From Chloroflexota bacterium (lineage in GTDB: Bacteria > Chloroflexota > Dehalococcoidia > Lucifugimonadales > JADFKI01): 62,045 nucleotides of DNA. Location of the stretch: contig JAQBUT010000023.1 of assembly GCA_027623195.1 (NCBI GenBank), positions 1 through 62,045 on the forward strand, in the 5' to 3' direction. Below are positions 1 to 10,591 of the stretch, piece after piece (position 1 is the first letter of the stretch; each line of letters opens with the position of its first letter). The translations under genes were made by a program, and so were the position numbers. A model generated the notes under the pieces. The model saw only the letters and a list, made by a program, of their open reading frames with translations. It had not been told where the DNA came from and did no database searches.

Positions 1-7
1 CAACAGA

Positions 8-418
8 TCAGAGAGCTCGCCAATTCAGCCGATTCTCTCCACTAAGTTTTCTGTCCCACTTCGCTGAATGACAACAGAGTTTGTCGCATGCACGCTTGGG
101 CTCCTGGTTCTTGGTTACAAAATCGTTGCGGTACGCAATAAACTGGTCTAAGTCTATTTGCGCTGCGGTCCGCCAGAGGTCCGGCATGACCTGGGACTGC
201 GGGTTCCAGAAATCCGCGAAGGCGTGAGGCACGGAGAAGGGGAAGTCTAGGGCGGCGACGGAATCTGCGGCCGACTCAAGCAGCTTCCGAGTGAGATCAT
301 TACGTTTTATACCGTAGCACCGGCGTAGAGTGAGGCAATTGCCGTCGAAGTCCCCTTCGGCAATCCACGTATTGCTATCTCCCTGGGCGCCGCTGAAGTC
401 TACGCCGATTATTTCCAT
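8..418 (-). CDS. DUF429-family protein (predicted RNase H-fold nuclease), apparently 3'-truncated
   Basis: N-terminal IIGVDFSGA and AALDFPF motifs. Start placed at MEIIGVD (418). Short for the family, and the last ~21 aa look out of register. Confidence 0.6.
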   Translation of the reverse strand: MEIIGVDFSGAQGDSNTWIAEGDFDGNCLTLRRCYGIKRNDLTRKLLESAADSVAALDFPFSVPHAFADFWNPQSQVMPDLWRTAAQIDLDQFIAYRNDFVTKNQEPKRACDKLCCHSAKWDRKLSGENRLNWRAL

Positions 419-550
419 TAGGAGTCGTATCCCCGATCTCATCCATTTGACGGCTTTTGCACAGCATCTGGGGCAGGGTAGCAGTCAAATCGGCCAGTCG
501 CAACGGACCGCCCTGGACGCAGCCTGTTCTTGGCGAACGAATGAGAGGCC

Positions 551-595
551 GCTAAAAGCAAACGGGCCCGTCTACAGGGCCCGTTTGCTTTTAGC
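551..595. terminator. Long inverted repeat, probable intrinsic terminator
   Basis: Perfect 19-bp stem GCTAAAAGCAAACGGGCCC / GGGCCCGTTTGCTTTTAGC downstream of the minus-strand CoA-transferase. Confidence 0.75.
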
Positions 596-685
596 GTGTG
601 TTGCTGAGTTTGCTGAGTCGAAAATAGTCACCGTTTAGAGAACACCAGCCTGATCGCGGACGACCGGGCACGGCCCCTACAGTGG

Positions 686-2098
686 CTACTGGGATAGATC
701 AGGCCACACAGGTTCGTGGAAGCCGAGGGGCACCGAAGGCCGAGCCCAACGCGGCGGCGTTTCCGACAGACCTACAACCGGCCCAAGATGGCCCAACTGA
801 CCCATTGGGGTGTCGCTCACCATCGACCAGCGCTCCAACTCTTCCGTGTTGAATTCCTGCGGAATGTTCCTGAGCTCAGATTCTTGCACCTGACCGCGCT
901 CTACGAGCCAGCGCCCCGTCTGCGCTAGAGAGATACGCACGAGCCAGCTACCGCCCTCTCGCGAGCGGCGACCGAGGGCTACCAGCGCACCGAAGGCCAT
1001 CAGGTAGCCCGTCAGGTAGTCTATAGCCGACACTGGATAGAATTGCGGGCCTGCCGCAGCGCCTGGAAATAACTCACCCTGGCGGCTGGTGATGCCGCTA
1101 ACCGTCTGCACCACCGTATCGAAGCCACGGCGAGAGGCCCACGGCCCCACATGGCCAAAGGCAGAAAGCGAGACGTAAACAAGCCCAGGCCGCAGTTGCG
1201 CTAGCTCCTCTGGTGAGAGTCCACGATTGCCAAGGGTCCCAGGCCTGTACCCCTGTGAGAACACGTCGGTCTCCCGGATCAGCCTGCGTAGGGTACCCAG
1301 ATCGTTCTGCTCGCGTAAGTCAAGTTGGGCGGAGAGCTTGCCGTGTCCTGTGTCGTATTCCTGGTAGCCGATGTTGGGCAGATGCGCTCCGGTGATTTTC
1401 ATTACGTCGGCGCCGTGCTCGGCCAGGGTGCGGGCGCAGGTCGGCCCCGCTAGGACTCGCGTTAGATCGAGCACGCGGATGCCCGACAATGGCCGATCAC
1501 CGTCGGGGAGCTTTTCCGGAGGACTGTCGCCAATCTTAACGATTTCCATTAGCGGCAATGAGGCGATTGCGGCTGCCTGAGGGTGCTTGGCCCATTCCTC
1601 CATGGTGCGGACCATGCCCCCGGCCCCATTCGCGGCGATGATGGCCTCCTCAAGCTCAAGAGCGTCCCAATGCGTGACTGCCTCACGCACCGCCTCACGA
1701 TCCTCTGGGACGCCTAGCACACCGAGTGCTGCTGCGCGGTGGTTCGGGAAATTACAGTGAAGATAGCTCCAGCGGCCGTCCTTGGCCGGATAGACGCCCA
1801 TCACCGTATTGCGCTCGGTGGAGACGTTCTCCCCGTCCATTTGCAGGTATTTCCCGCTGCGTAGAGACGCCGTTGCCTGACGGGCATCGACCGAGACCTC
1901 CTGGCGACGTCCGGTGCGTAATTCCCACAAGTCAGATACGGCAAGTCCAATGGCCCCGAGCGCGGCAGCACTGGTCTCGCCGATGCGGAAGGGCGTTGGC
2001 AATATCGGATCGGTACCGCCTGTCATCTCGACAGTATTGGCGACCTCGTCGGACCAGCCGGCAATTGGCAAAAGCGTGCGTAAAGCATCGTTGGTCAT
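686..2098 (-). CDS. CaiB/BaiF family III CoA-transferase (long form)
   Basis: RPLSGIRVLDLTRVLAGPTCARTLAEHGADV, QGYRPG and RRGFD motifs. Likely start MTNDAL; the ORF is open to 2164. Confidence 0.85.
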   Translation of the reverse strand: MTNDALRTLLPIAGWSDEVANTVEMTGGTDPILPTPFRIGETSAAALGAIGLAVSDLWELRTGRRQEVSVDARQATASLRSGKYLQMDGENVSTERNTVMGVYPAKDGRWSYLHCNFPNHRAAALGVLGVPEDREAVREAVTHWDALELEEAIIAANGAGGMVRTMEEWAKHPQAAAIASLPLMEIVKIGDSPPEKLPDGDRPLSGIRVLDLTRVLAGPTCARTLAEHGADVMKITGAHLPNIGYQEYDTGHGKLSAQLDLREQNDLGTLRRLIRETDVFSQGYRPGTLGNRGLSPEELAQLRPGLVYVSLSAFGHVGPWASRRGFDTVVQTVSGITSRQGELFPGAAAGPQFYPVSAIDYLTGYLMAFGALVALGRRSREGGSWLVRISLAQTGRWLVERGQVQESELRNIPQEFNTEELERWSMVSDTPMGQLGHLGPVVGLSETPPRWARPSVPLGFHEPVWPDLSQ

Positions 2099-2292
2099 GT
2101 CTGGTACTTCTTCCTCTTTGTAATGCAGCGGGCCTATGTGAACAGGTCGCTCCATTATCGTCAATCACATAGGGTCATTAGCTTAGAATGCATTCGGAGT
2201 ATTTCTGAGTCTCGGCAATCGCTAATTATGGAACGCAAATAACAGGTTCGATGGTGGCCTTATATTACGCGCAAGACCAACACTTGAAGGGT

Positions 2293-3756
2293 CTAGGTGG
2301 CCAGTAGAGAGGCCAATTCGTGAACGTCGTCCATTGTTTCCAGTGACTCTATTGAATCGATTATCTCAGACTGACGTTGTTTAGAAACGACCGGTGCAGA
2401 GAGATCATGGAATTTCTGCTTCATTTCGTCCCATGTTAACCCGTTTTCTACGTCGCCTTTTGGATGGGTGATCTCGCTGCGGAGCTTGCGCCCATCATTG
2501 GTGTCGACCTCGACCCACGCCCGCCATTGACTGGGGAACGTGGAATCCAGTTCTGGATCCTTGACGCATTTCACCTTCGCCATCAGTTCTCTTATGGCAG
2601 GTCGCTCAGGCACGCCAGGGGCGTACTCGCTAAGGGAGGCCCTTCCGTAAGCCAGCGCAACCGCCGCGCTAAACGGCATACTGAACTGCATGTCCACAAC
2701 GGAAGAAGGGTTACGTTTCTGCTCTTCAGGGAATGCTACAAGGCCAAATCCGGCATTTAGCATTCCGACCCTGATGTTTTTTATTTCCTCAGGGCGTAAA
2801 TTGTGCGTCTGTCTCAGATCCAGCACGCAGTCGATTGGGCCCTGATTGTAGCGACAGCATGAGTGAGGCTTGATGCTCGTCTGAGTAATGAGAAAGCCGT
2901 CGCCAAGGCCCCGGAGGACCTCGCCGGGGTCTGGGTGGCCGGAATACCCCTGCAGGAAGCCGTTATCGCCTTCCAGAATCGTGGTCGGCCCCAAGAATCC
3001 GGATTGGGCAAGCAACGCCGCCCAGATGCCGCTGTGGGAGGCCCAACCAGGGTGGAGCCTCTTGGTCCATGCGCCCTGGGCCAGATACTCCATGCTCCCA
3101 GCCGTCTGGCTGCCGGCGATGCCCAATGCGTGGGCAAACGAGTCACCCTGCAGACCCAGCAGGCGACCCGCCACCGCGGCCGCTCCAAATGCGCCGCATG
3201 TGCCTGTGGGATGGAAACCCCTGCCGTAGTGTTCCGCAGGCTTCAACGCGCGCCCCAGTCGCACCATGACGTCGTAACCGGCTACCACAGAGGTTATGAA
3301 GCTCTTGCCGTTGACCGGGACCACGTCCGCCATCGCCATAGCCGTGGGGTAGGCAACCACGCCGGGATGCAGCGACGCCTCGTTGTTTACGTCGTCTAGC
3401 TCGATGCTGTGGAACGCGGTGCCGTTGGCCATCGCTGCATACTCGGGCAGCGTTCGCTTCGGCGTGCCGATGATAGTCGAAGGCCCGGGCCTGTTGAGGC
3501 CTTCAATGGCCTTCACCACCGCCTTGGCAGAATCCGTAGTGGAGCCATTCAAGGCGACTCCTGCGAAGTCGAGGCACAAGTACTTGGCCCAGTCAACGAC
3601 CTCCGGAGACAGGTCCTCGTAGGTCAGATCCGCCGAGAACTTCGCCAGCTTTTTCGTGATTTCTTGGCTATCGTTGGAGTCTCTGGTGTGTTGTGTCAAG
3701 GCGATCCTTTGCGGTTGTTTTGAGGGGATTATATTCGAGACGGCGAAGCAGGACAA
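2293..3756 (-). CDS. MmgE/PrpD family protein
   Basis: HSIELDD, LHPG, GFHPTG, SIKPHSCCRY and QFSMPF motifs. True start probably ~20 codons downstream. Confidence 0.88.
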   Translation of the reverse strand: MSCFAVSNIIPSKQPQRIALTQHTRDSNDSQEITKKLAKFSADLTYEDLSPEVVDWAKYLCLDFAGVALNGSTTDSAKAVVKAIEGLNRPGPSTIIGTPKRTLPEYAAMANGTAFHSIELDDVNNEASLHPGVVAYPTAMAMADVVPVNGKSFITSVVAGYDVMVRLGRALKPAEHYGRGFHPTGTCGAFGAAAVAGRLLGLQGDSFAHALGIAGSQTAGSMEYLAQGAWTKRLHPGWASHSGIWAALLAQSGFLGPTTILEGDNGFLQGYSGHPDPGEVLRGLGDGFLITQTSIKPHSCCRYNQGPIDCVLDLRQTHNLRPEEIKNIRVGMLNAGFGLVAFPEEQKRNPSSVVDMQFSMPFSAAVALAYGRASLSEYAPGVPERPAIRELMAKVKCVKDPELDSTFPSQWRAWVEVDTNDGRKLRSEITHPKGDVENGLTWDEMKQKFHDLSAPVVSKQRQSEIIDSIESLETMDDVHELASLLAT

Positions 3757-3901
3757 CGGCAGATGGAGGTTCTCTAAAGCCTTCTACGCCAATCCCAGGA
3801 CGTTCTTACACTGGGAAGGCTTTGCTTCGGGCAATCGTCTTTGGTGGGCGTGCTAATGCGCGGCGTGTGTCGAGGCTTTTCTATGGACGGGGGAAAATAG
3901 C

Positions 3902-4375
3902 CTACTTGGTGTCTAGGGCGCGGACGAGGTTGGCCATCTCGATGGCGGTGAGGCCGGCGCTGTAGCCGTTGTTGCCCGACTTGCCGCCGGAGCGGTTGAT
4001 GGCCTGGTCCACTGTGTCCGTGGTCAGGACTCCGAAAATGACCGGAACCCCGGTGGTTATGGAGGCGTTGGCTATTCCCTTGGCAGCTTCGCCAGCGACG
4101 TACTCATAGTGACCGGTTTCGCCGCGTATCACGGCGCCCAGGCAGATTATGGCTTCATATCCGCCGGACTCAGCCATCTTTTTGGCCACCAGAGGTATCT
4201 CGAAGGCACCAGGTACGGATACGACGGTGATGTCGTCCTCTCGTACGCCGTGTCGGGTCAGGGCCGTCATAGCGCCTTCCTGAAGCTTGGAGGTAAAGAA
4301 GTCATTGAATCTGGCGACTACTACTCCGATTCTTAGACCAGCGCCGTTCAACTCGCCCTGTATTTCTCTACTCAC
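3902..4375 (-). CDS. ribH: 6,7-dimethyl-8-ribityllumazine synthase
   Basis: [35 protein letters not shown]; last gene of the rib operon. Confidence 0.97.
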   Translation of the reverse strand: MSREIQGELNGAGLRIGVVVARFNDFFTSKLQEGAMTALTRHGVREDDITVVSVPGAFEIPLVAKKMAESGGYEAIICLGAVIRGETGHYEYVAGEAAKGIANASITTGVPVIFGVLTTDTVDQAINRSGGKSGNNGYSAGLTAIEMANLVRALDTK

Positions 4376-4378
4376 TTT

Positions 4379-5611
4379 TTACTCACCATCAGCTGAGGCT
4401 GTGTTAAACATCTCTGGGTCAATCAGGTGGCCCATGCGCTCCTGTTTGGTCTTCATGTATCGCCGGTTCTCATCATTCACTGGAGCGATTATCGGCACTT
4501 GCTCTACCAGGGTGAGCCCGAAGCTCTCCAGGCCAACCACCTTCTTTGGATTATTGGTGAGGAGCCTCATTTTTTCCACGCCTAGGTCAACAAGAATCTG
4601 AGCGCCCACCCCATAGTGCCTGAGGTCGGGCGGGAAGCCCAGCTTAAGGTTGGCCTCCACAGTGTCGAGACCGTCGTCTTGAAGCGCGTAGGCCTTGAGC
4701 TTATTGTGGATTCCTATGCCGCGACCTTCCTGGCGCATGTAAAGGAAAATTCCTTTGCCTTCGCGTTGTATAGCCTCTAATGCCAATTGCATCTGGTCGC
4801 CGCAGTCGCATCGGATGCTGCCGAATACGTCGCCCGTGAGGCATTCGCTATGCACGCGAACGAGCACCTCGTCTTCGGGTGATATGGGGCCTTTTACCAG
4901 AGCTACGTGCTCGTCACGGTCCACGATGGAGCGGTACGAAACAGCTACGAACTCGCCGCTTTTTGTAGGAACACGAGCCTCAGCGACGCGCTCGATAAGT
5001 CTTTCGTGCTCGGTGCGGTAGGCGATAATGTCGGCGACGCTAACGATCTTTAAGTCGTGCTTGTCTGCGAACTTATCCAGATGCGGCATGCGGGCCATGG
5101 AGCCGTCTTCGTTCATAATTTCGCAGATGACGCCAGCGGGGTACAGCCCCGCCAATCGTGCTAGGTCCACCGACGCTTCCGTCTGGCCCGCGCGGACCAG
5201 CACTCCCCCCTCCATGTACCGCAGAGGGAAGATATGGCCTGGTCTGCCCAGGTCTTCGGCTAGCGTGCCCGGTTCCACCAGGGCCTTGATGGTGGCGGAG
5301 CGGTCTGCCGCAGAGATGCCAGTGGTTGCGCCTTTTAGAACGTCCACAGATACAGTGAAGGCAGTGCTCAGCCGGGCAGTGTTCTCGTAGACCATCATGG
5401 GTATGCGAAGCTGATCGAGGCGTTGGGCCATCATGGGTACGCAGATAAGCCCGCGTCCCTCCGAGGCCATGAAATTGACGGCCTGTGGGGTGATCATTTC
5501 GGCCGCCATTGCGAGATCGCCTTCGTTCTCGCGGTCCTCATCGTCTACGATGACGACCATTTTCCCGGCCTTAATGTCTTCTATTGCGTCTTCTATCTTA
5601 GATAGGGGCAA
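4379..5611 (-). CDS. ribBA: Bifunctional DHBP synthase / GTP cyclohydrolase II
   Basis: [10 protein letters not shown] (RibB); [36 protein letters not shown] (RibA). Confidence 0.97.
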   Translation of the reverse strand: MPLSKIEDAIEDIKAGKMVVIVDDEDRENEGDLAMAAEMITPQAVNFMASEGRGLICVPMMAQRLDQLRIPMMVYENTARLSTAFTVSVDVLKGATTGISAADRSATIKALVEPGTLAEDLGRPGHIFPLRYMEGGVLVRAGQTEASVDLARLAGLYPAGVICEIMNEDGSMARMPHLDKFADKHDLKIVSVADIIAYRTEHERLIERVAEARVPTKSGEFVAVSYRSIVDRDEHVALVKGPISPEDEVLVRVHSECLTGDVFGSIRCDCGDQMQLALEAIQREGKGIFLYMRQEGRGIGIHNKLKAYALQDDGLDTVEANLKLGFPPDLRHYGVGAQILVDLGVEKMRLLTNNPKKVVGLESFGLTLVEQVPIIAPVNDENRRYMKTKQERMGHLIDPEMFNTASADGE

Positions 5612-5646
5612 AGCCTCAGCTCCTAAAGGTCACGAATTGGACCATA

Positions 5647-6267
5647 TTACAACTCATCTGCCGTATCCAGGGGCGGACGCGCCGCCGTCGTTAAACGTTC
5701 AGTGTACTTGGCGATGATGTCGGCTTCTAGATTTACAGTATCACCTACGTCTCGATGACTGAAAACCGTGTTTTCACGTGTATGAGGGATGATGGTGACC
5801 ATGAAGGAATTCTGGTCACAGTCTACAACGGTGAGGCTGGCTCCGTCCACCGTGATGAATCCCTTCTCCACCACGTAGCGCATGACAGCGGGCGGTGCGT
5901 CGAAAGCTATCAGAAATGCCTCGCCATCGGCCTCGATGGAGCGCACCTTGCCAGTGCCATCTACATGGCCTTGCACTATGTGGCCGCCGAACCGGCCATT
6001 AGCAGGCATTGACCGCTCAAGGTTTACCGGGTGACCGGATTTTAACTCACCCAGGTTGGTGCGACGCAGTGTCTCTGGCACGACATCCAGCGAGAATGTG
6101 CCCTGGTCGCCCTCTGCCTCGAAGGAAGTAACGGTGAGGCAAGCGCCGTTTATGCAGATGCTATCTCCCACCTTCATGTCGCCCATAATCGTGGAGGCGC
6201 TTACCAGCAGGTGGCCGGGATCTGCGGACTTGATTGTGCCGACTTCCTCAACTATTCCGGTGAACAT
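5647..6267 (-). CDS. ribE: Riboflavin synthase (alpha chain)
   Basis: Canonical MFTGIVEE N-terminus, [30 protein letters not shown]. Confidence 0.96.
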   Translation of the reverse strand: MFTGIVEEVGTIKSADPGHLLVSASTIMGDMKVGDSICINGACLTVTSFEAEGDQGTFSLDVVPETLRRTNLGELKSGHPVNLERSMPANGRFGGHIVQGHVDGTGKVRSIEADGEAFLIAFDAPPAVMRYVVEKGFITVDGASLTVVDCDQNSFMVTIIPHTRENTVFSHRDVGDTVNLEADIIAKYTERLTTAARPPLDTADEL

Positions 6268-7345
6268 CTGCTCTCTCTCCACAGTACCCAATAATCGCTA
6301 CGTCGGGGCCGAACTGCATGAATCGACTATTCTGAAGCCGAAAAGCATCCGACATACTTTTAACCCCTTGCCCACTCACCGGGGATTGGGCGATTTTGCC
6401 GCCTATTATAACCGGCGATACGAAAGCTACAACCTTGTCCACCAAGCCCTGGTCGAAAAGCGAGCCCAGAATCGTTCCGCCGCCCTCCACTAGCACGCTG
6501 GTGATGTTTCTCTCTCCCAGTGTATGAAGCAGCGAGCACAGGTTCAACCCGCCCTCGGAGGAGGGCAGTACAAGGGTTTCTGCAATGCTGGTATCCAGGC
6601 CTATGGCACCTTCGCCGGTGGCAATCAGGGTTTTGCCTGGCTGGGAAAGCATTCGCGCATTGGGAGGAGTGCGTCCGTGCGTGTCGAGAACGACGCGCAA
6701 AGGTTGCCGCTCCAGGGCCGAGCCGTCTGAATCTCTGGCAGTAAGCTGGGGGTCGTCGGCCAGGACGGTGTTGATGCCCACCATGATCGCGTCCGACCGG
6801 GCGCGTAACTGGTGAACATATCCGCGAGACTCCTCGCCGGAAATCCACTTGGAGTCGCCAGTATGGGTGGCTATCTTCCCGTCTAGACTCATGGCGAACT
6901 TGGCGATGACGAAGGGCAGGCCCGTAGATGAGTGCCTGGCGAATGCCTCGATAAGCTCTGTTGATTCGGAATCCGGGTCACTCAGGTGCGTCTGGACGCC
7001 TGCTTGCTGCAGTGAGCCTATGCCTCCGCCCTGGACGTTGGGGTTAGGGTCGATGGACGCAACATGGACCTCGGCGATGCCCGCCCGGATGATGGCTTCG
7101 GAGCAGGGAGGCGTTCGGCCGTGGTGTGTGCATGGCTCAAGGGTGGTGTAAAGGCTAGCTCCTCTGGCGAGCTCGCCTGCTAGTTCCAGGGCCATGGCCT
7201 CAGCGTGTTGCTGCCCAGGCGGTTGTGTCCAGCCCTCGCTGATGATCTTGCCGTCCTTGACTATGACGGCACCCACCGGCGGGTTGGGACTGGTAGTGCC
7301 CTGCGCTTTCCTGCCCAGTTCGATGGCTCTGGCCATGAATGTCAT
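6248..7345 (-). CDS. ribD: Bifunctional diaminohydroxyphosphoribosylaminopyrimidine deaminase / reductase
   Basis: PNPPVG, HAE, TLEPCTHHGRTPPC zinc motif, AMSLDGKIA, VEGGG. Confidence 0.97.
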   Translation of the reverse strand: MTFMARAIELGRKAQGTTSPNPPVGAVIVKDGKIISEGWTQPPGQQHAEAMALELAGELARGASLYTTLEPCTHHGRTPPCSEAIIRAGIAEVHVASIDPNPNVQGGGIGSLQQAGVQTHLSDPDSESTELIEAFARHSSTGLPFVIAKFAMSLDGKIATHTGDSKWISGEESRGYVHQLRARSDAIMVGINTVLADDPQLTARDSDGSALERQPLRVVLDTHGRTPPNARMLSQPGKTLIATGEGAIGLDTSIAETLVLPSSEGGLNLCSLLHTLGERNITSVLVEGGGTILGSLFDQGLVDKVVAFVSPVIIGGKIAQSPVSGQGVKSMSDAFRLQNSRFMQFGPDVAIIGYCGERADVHRNS

Positions 7346-7443
7346 AGGTATCTGGTTATCTTCCGGTCTGTAGGTTGCTGTATTAATTATACGTCTGGAT
7401 AGCCAGCCGTACTATGCCGAATTTCCTGAGAATAGCCTACGGC

Positions 7444-7476
7444 AAAAACGAGGGGCCTCCTGTTCACAGGAGGCCC
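7444..7476 (-). terminator. Rho-independent terminator after the SIMPL gene
   Basis: Hairpin GGGCCTCCTG-N4-CAGGAGGCCC followed on the minus strand by a T-run (AAAAA at 7444-7448). Confidence 0.75.
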
Positions 7477-7504
7477 TTTCTGCCATGTGCGCAAATGTGT
7501 CGAG

Positions 7505-8428
7505 TTACTGAATGGCGAACACTGCCTGCACGTTCAGGGTAAGGTCCAGCTCGCCGCCGCTGATGGAAGGCACATGCGAGATGGAAGCTTCGGCGAAGGC
7601 CATTCGCTGGTCGCCAAAGTCCTGCACCATAGGGCTTGTGGAGCCGCCCTCACTGACGAAAACCAGCCTGCCCAGGCCAACACCGGTAAGGTCTGCGAAA
7701 TGCTGTGCCTTTGCTATGGCGTCGGCGACTGCCTGCTCCCTGAGTAGAGTCATCATGGGCTTGGGATCCTCGACAGTGAAACGGATGTTGTTGATCCGGG
7801 TGGAGTCTCCGCCTGCGGTTACCACGTCGTCGATGATATCCCCGACGGATTCAAGATCACGAATCTTTATCGTGGCGCTATTGTTGACGTTGTAGCCCAC
7901 AAGGACCTGTGTGCCCCGGCGAATCCCTGACTCCAAGACTTCCCTGTACTCGTACTGCGGGTAAATGTTGAAAGACGCGGTCTGTATGTCCTTGTCCTCT
8001 ACTCCCGCGACCTTCAGGGCCTTGACTATGGCGTCCATAGCTTGGGATGCCTTGGAATTGGCTTCTTTAACAGTGGCCCCTATGGATTCCACACCGATGC
8101 TAAGCATTGCCAGATCAGGATCGACGGCTACCTTGCCTTGACCTGTCACCCATATGCCCGACTGGCTGGTCGAGCCCTGGAAGACTGGCATGGCTGTGGT
8201 CCCCGGATAGCCCATGGGTGCGGGCGCGCCGTCCGTCCTGACCAGGCTTATAGGTGGCATGGGGGCGCCTATGGCCGGGCTTTCTGGAGCGCCGACTGGC
8301 AGGTTGGAAATGGGAGACCCTGTTCCCTGTGGCGGTTCCGTTGCAGCCGGTCCATTGGCGCATGCGATGCCTACTAGCAGCACTGCGGAAATTCCAGCTG
8401 CTGCGATAAGTCCCTTAAAACCCTTCAT
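7505..8428 (-). CDS. SIMPL/DUF541 domain lipoprotein
   Basis: Signal peptide with lipobox GIAC; GIWVTGQGKVAVDPD, DIQTASFNIYPQYEY, AVADAIAKAQHFA. Confidence 0.88.
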   Translation of the reverse strand: MKGFKGLIAAAGISAVLLVGIACANGPAATEPPQGTGSPISNLPVGAPESPAIGAPMPPISLVRTDGAPAPMGYPGTTAMPVFQGSTSQSGIWVTGQGKVAVDPDLAMLSIGVESIGATVKEANSKASQAMDAIVKALKVAGVEDKDIQTASFNIYPQYEYREVLESGIRRGTQVLVGYNVNNSATIKIRDLESVGDIIDDVVTAGGDSTRINNIRFTVEDPKPMMTLLREQAVADAIAKAQHFADLTGVGLGRLVFVSEGGSTSPMVQDFGDQRMAFAEASISHVPSISGGELDLTLNVQAVFAIQ

Positions 8429-8502
8429 GATCTTATGTCCTCCTTAAAATTCGACCTCGGCTCATGTCCGATGGCCTCTTAATTTCGTGCTTCATATATA
8501 AC

Positions 8503-8528
8503 GACGTTGCCGCAATGCAAAAGGTTCC
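8503..8528 (-). promoter_or_regulatory. Candidate ECF sigma promoter for the SIMPL gene
   Basis: Minus strand reads GGAACC-N16-CGTC, ~75 nt upstream of the SIMPL ATG and just downstream of the ECF sigma/anti-sigma genes. Confidence 0.6.
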
Positions 8529-8727
8529 ACTGTTTTGAGACATCTTTGGATGTGAGGCGGTAGTACCTTAGAAATTGCGAGGGCATGTGTCGGACTAAAC
8601 CACTTACTTCCATTGTCGGCCTGCGAGAGTCCAGGGTATATGTCGAATTGCAGTGAAATTATGAGGAGATTGTGAGGTAAAGGGCGAAGAGTCGCCGGCA
8701 GGCCACGTCGGGCCGCCGGAAGTGGAG

Positions 8728-9759
8728 CTAGGGAAGACGTCGGCGGCGGTAAACTGCGACAGTCGTCGTCAGCAGCACTACCAGAACTGCTGCCGAGGCT
8801 ACCTGTAGCTGGCGAACCGGTAGTAACAAGCCAGCGGTCTCTTCCTCGGAGCTATTTTGATTGATAGTAGACCCTCTTGCTGCCCCGGCACCGTCGCTGC
8901 CTAGTTCTGGCAAGCCGGTTCCGACTGGTGCAGGAGCCTGCTCGGGCTGTGACGTGGCAAAGCTTAGGGATTCCATAGGCGCGTCCGATTGCTGAAGGCT
9001 CGACTCGGCCTTCGCCATGTCCGTTTCGGCTACCGATGGTGCGGGTTCGGGTTCAATAGCAGCCAAACCCATGGTTGTAGCTATGCCGATTTCCGCTGTT
9101 GGCGTGGCATCTATTGTCATCGCCGTCGTCGGGGCTACCACAGCGGCTGCCGGTTCTGGCTCCGAGGAAGAATCTGCTTCGTGGGATCCACCTGCTGGCG
9201 ATGTCGTTTCCTCTATAGTCGAAGCAGGCGCCAATTCCGGGGCAGGCGCCATAGGAGCCGCCGCCGATGAGGCCGCCGCTGATGGGGCCGATTCCAAAGC
9301 CATCGCAGGCTCCGCCGAAGAACGCTGCATATCACCAGGGGCGGGCGCGGCAGCGGGTGCCATCGGCGCAGCCGGTGCCGAGGACTCCTGCCGCTGGGAC
9401 CTTTCTAATTGCACAGGCGACTGCGTAACGAGGCCCATAGCGTCGCCAACGAGCAGGAACACCAGCAGTACGGCGGCCGCTGCAGTGGCGAAAGTACCCG
9501 TCCACACGCCATATGCCGGCTTATGCGAAGGGGCTGGCGCTTGGGTCAGCCTAAATGAGCGGGGCAGCGCGATCTCCGGAAGCCTGCCCATAAGCTGCGA
9601 CATGCCTCGAATGGAGGCTAGCTCAGCCGCGCACTCCGTACACTGGGCCAGGTGTGTTTCCACATCTCGCCTCTCGCCTTCGCTTACCTCGTCGTCGGCG
9701 AACGACGACAGCAAGGTGCGAAGTTTGTCATGTTTTCTTTTTTCTATAAATCCAATCAC
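8728..9759 (-). CDS. Zinc-finger (zf-HC2/ZAS) transmembrane anti-sigma factor
   Basis: HLAQCTEC HxxxCxxC motif, TM helix, long Ala/Pro/Ser-rich region and a second C-terminal TM; directly downstream of the ECF sigma. Confidence 0.85.
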   Translation of the reverse strand: MIGFIEKRKHDKLRTLLSSFADDEVSEGERRDVETHLAQCTECAAELASIRGMSQLMGRLPEIALPRSFRLTQAPAPSHKPAYGVWTGTFATAAAAVLLVFLLVGDAMGLVTQSPVQLERSQRQESSAPAAPMAPAAAPAPGDMQRSSAEPAMALESAPSAAASSAAAPMAPAPELAPASTIEETTSPAGGSHEADSSSEPEPAAAVVAPTTAMTIDATPTAEIGIATTMGLAAIEPEPAPSVAETDMAKAESSLQQSDAPMESLSFATSQPEQAPAPVGTGLPELGSDGAGAARGSTINQNSSEEETAGLLLPVRQLQVASAAVLVVLLTTTVAVYRRRRLP

Positions 9760-9776
9760 AGTATTTACCCGTTGAT

Positions 9777-10358
9777 CTATTGACGAAATTCCTCTGGTAA
9801 AAGTTCCATGTGCTGTGAAAGATGCTCTCTAAGTCTGGCGCGGGCCCTGCTCAGACGAGACTTTATGGTTCCTATCGACGCTCCGGCGGCTTGGGCCGCC
9901 TCCTCGTAGGAGAAGCCCTGTACGTCTATCAACACGATGACCGCCCTCTGGTCGCCCGGTAACGTAAGTATGGCCTTCTGTATCTGCTCCGCCAGTTCGC
10001 CTTGAAGGGTACGCTCCTCCGGGGACTCGCCCCCAGAGGGTACACGGAAACTTGGGTTCAAAAGGGATTCGTCCAGGGAATCGGCCGGACGCCGCTTCAT
10101 GGCTCGCAGCATGTCGTAACACTGATTGGTGGCTATTCTTAGCAGCCAGCCCCGGAAACTCCCGCCGCGATACCTGCCTATAGCTCGATAGGCGGATATG
10201 AACGTCTCCTGAGTGGCGTCCTCAGCGGATGCCATGTTGCCCATTATTCGGGCGGACAGATTGTAGACGTGCGACTGATAACGCTCAACGATATCATTGA
10301 ACGCATCGAGGTCCCCGCTTTGGCTACGGGCGATGAGGTCGGTGTCTTCGATCTGCAT
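9777..10358 (-). CDS. ECF sigma-70 factor
   Basis: AEDATQETFISAY and WLLRIATN (region 2); SYEEAA..GTIKSRLSRAR (region 4). Confidence 0.95.
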   Translation of the reverse strand: MQIEDTDLIARSQSGDLDAFNDIVERYQSHVYNLSARIMGNMASAEDATQETFISAYRAIGRYRGGSFRGWLLRIATNQCYDMLRAMKRRPADSLDESLLNPSFRVPSGGESPEERTLQGELAEQIQKAILTLPGDQRAVIVLIDVQGFSYEEAAQAAGASIGTIKSRLSRARARLREHLSQHMELLPEEFRQ

Positions 10359-10591
10359 TAGTTATGGTTGAGGTGGGGTTTTCTGCTACAGCTTTCGGTT
10401 ATTAATCCAAGTTCCCTGATCTTGATGGTAACTAATTGCACTGCAACCCGCGAGGCAATCCAAGCCGACATATGGACCAATCCCTTCGTAGCTGGGTCGT
10501 ACCTGCTATAACAATTTTATGCGCCCGTCGTTATAATCACTGTGGCTTATATGCAAGACAACCGTAGCAATAGCAATTACTGTAGGTAACG

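Noticed and set aside
7346..7443. FMN riboswitch upstream of the rib operon
   Set aside because: Only ~100 nt lie between ribD and the upstream terminator, and I see none of the conserved RFN sequence blocks.
9017..9775. Long antisense ORFs (also 29937-30890, 58994-59839, 12390-13067 and others)
   Set aside because: They are shadows of well-supported genes on the opposite strand, expected in GC-rich DNA, and carry no recognisable motifs.
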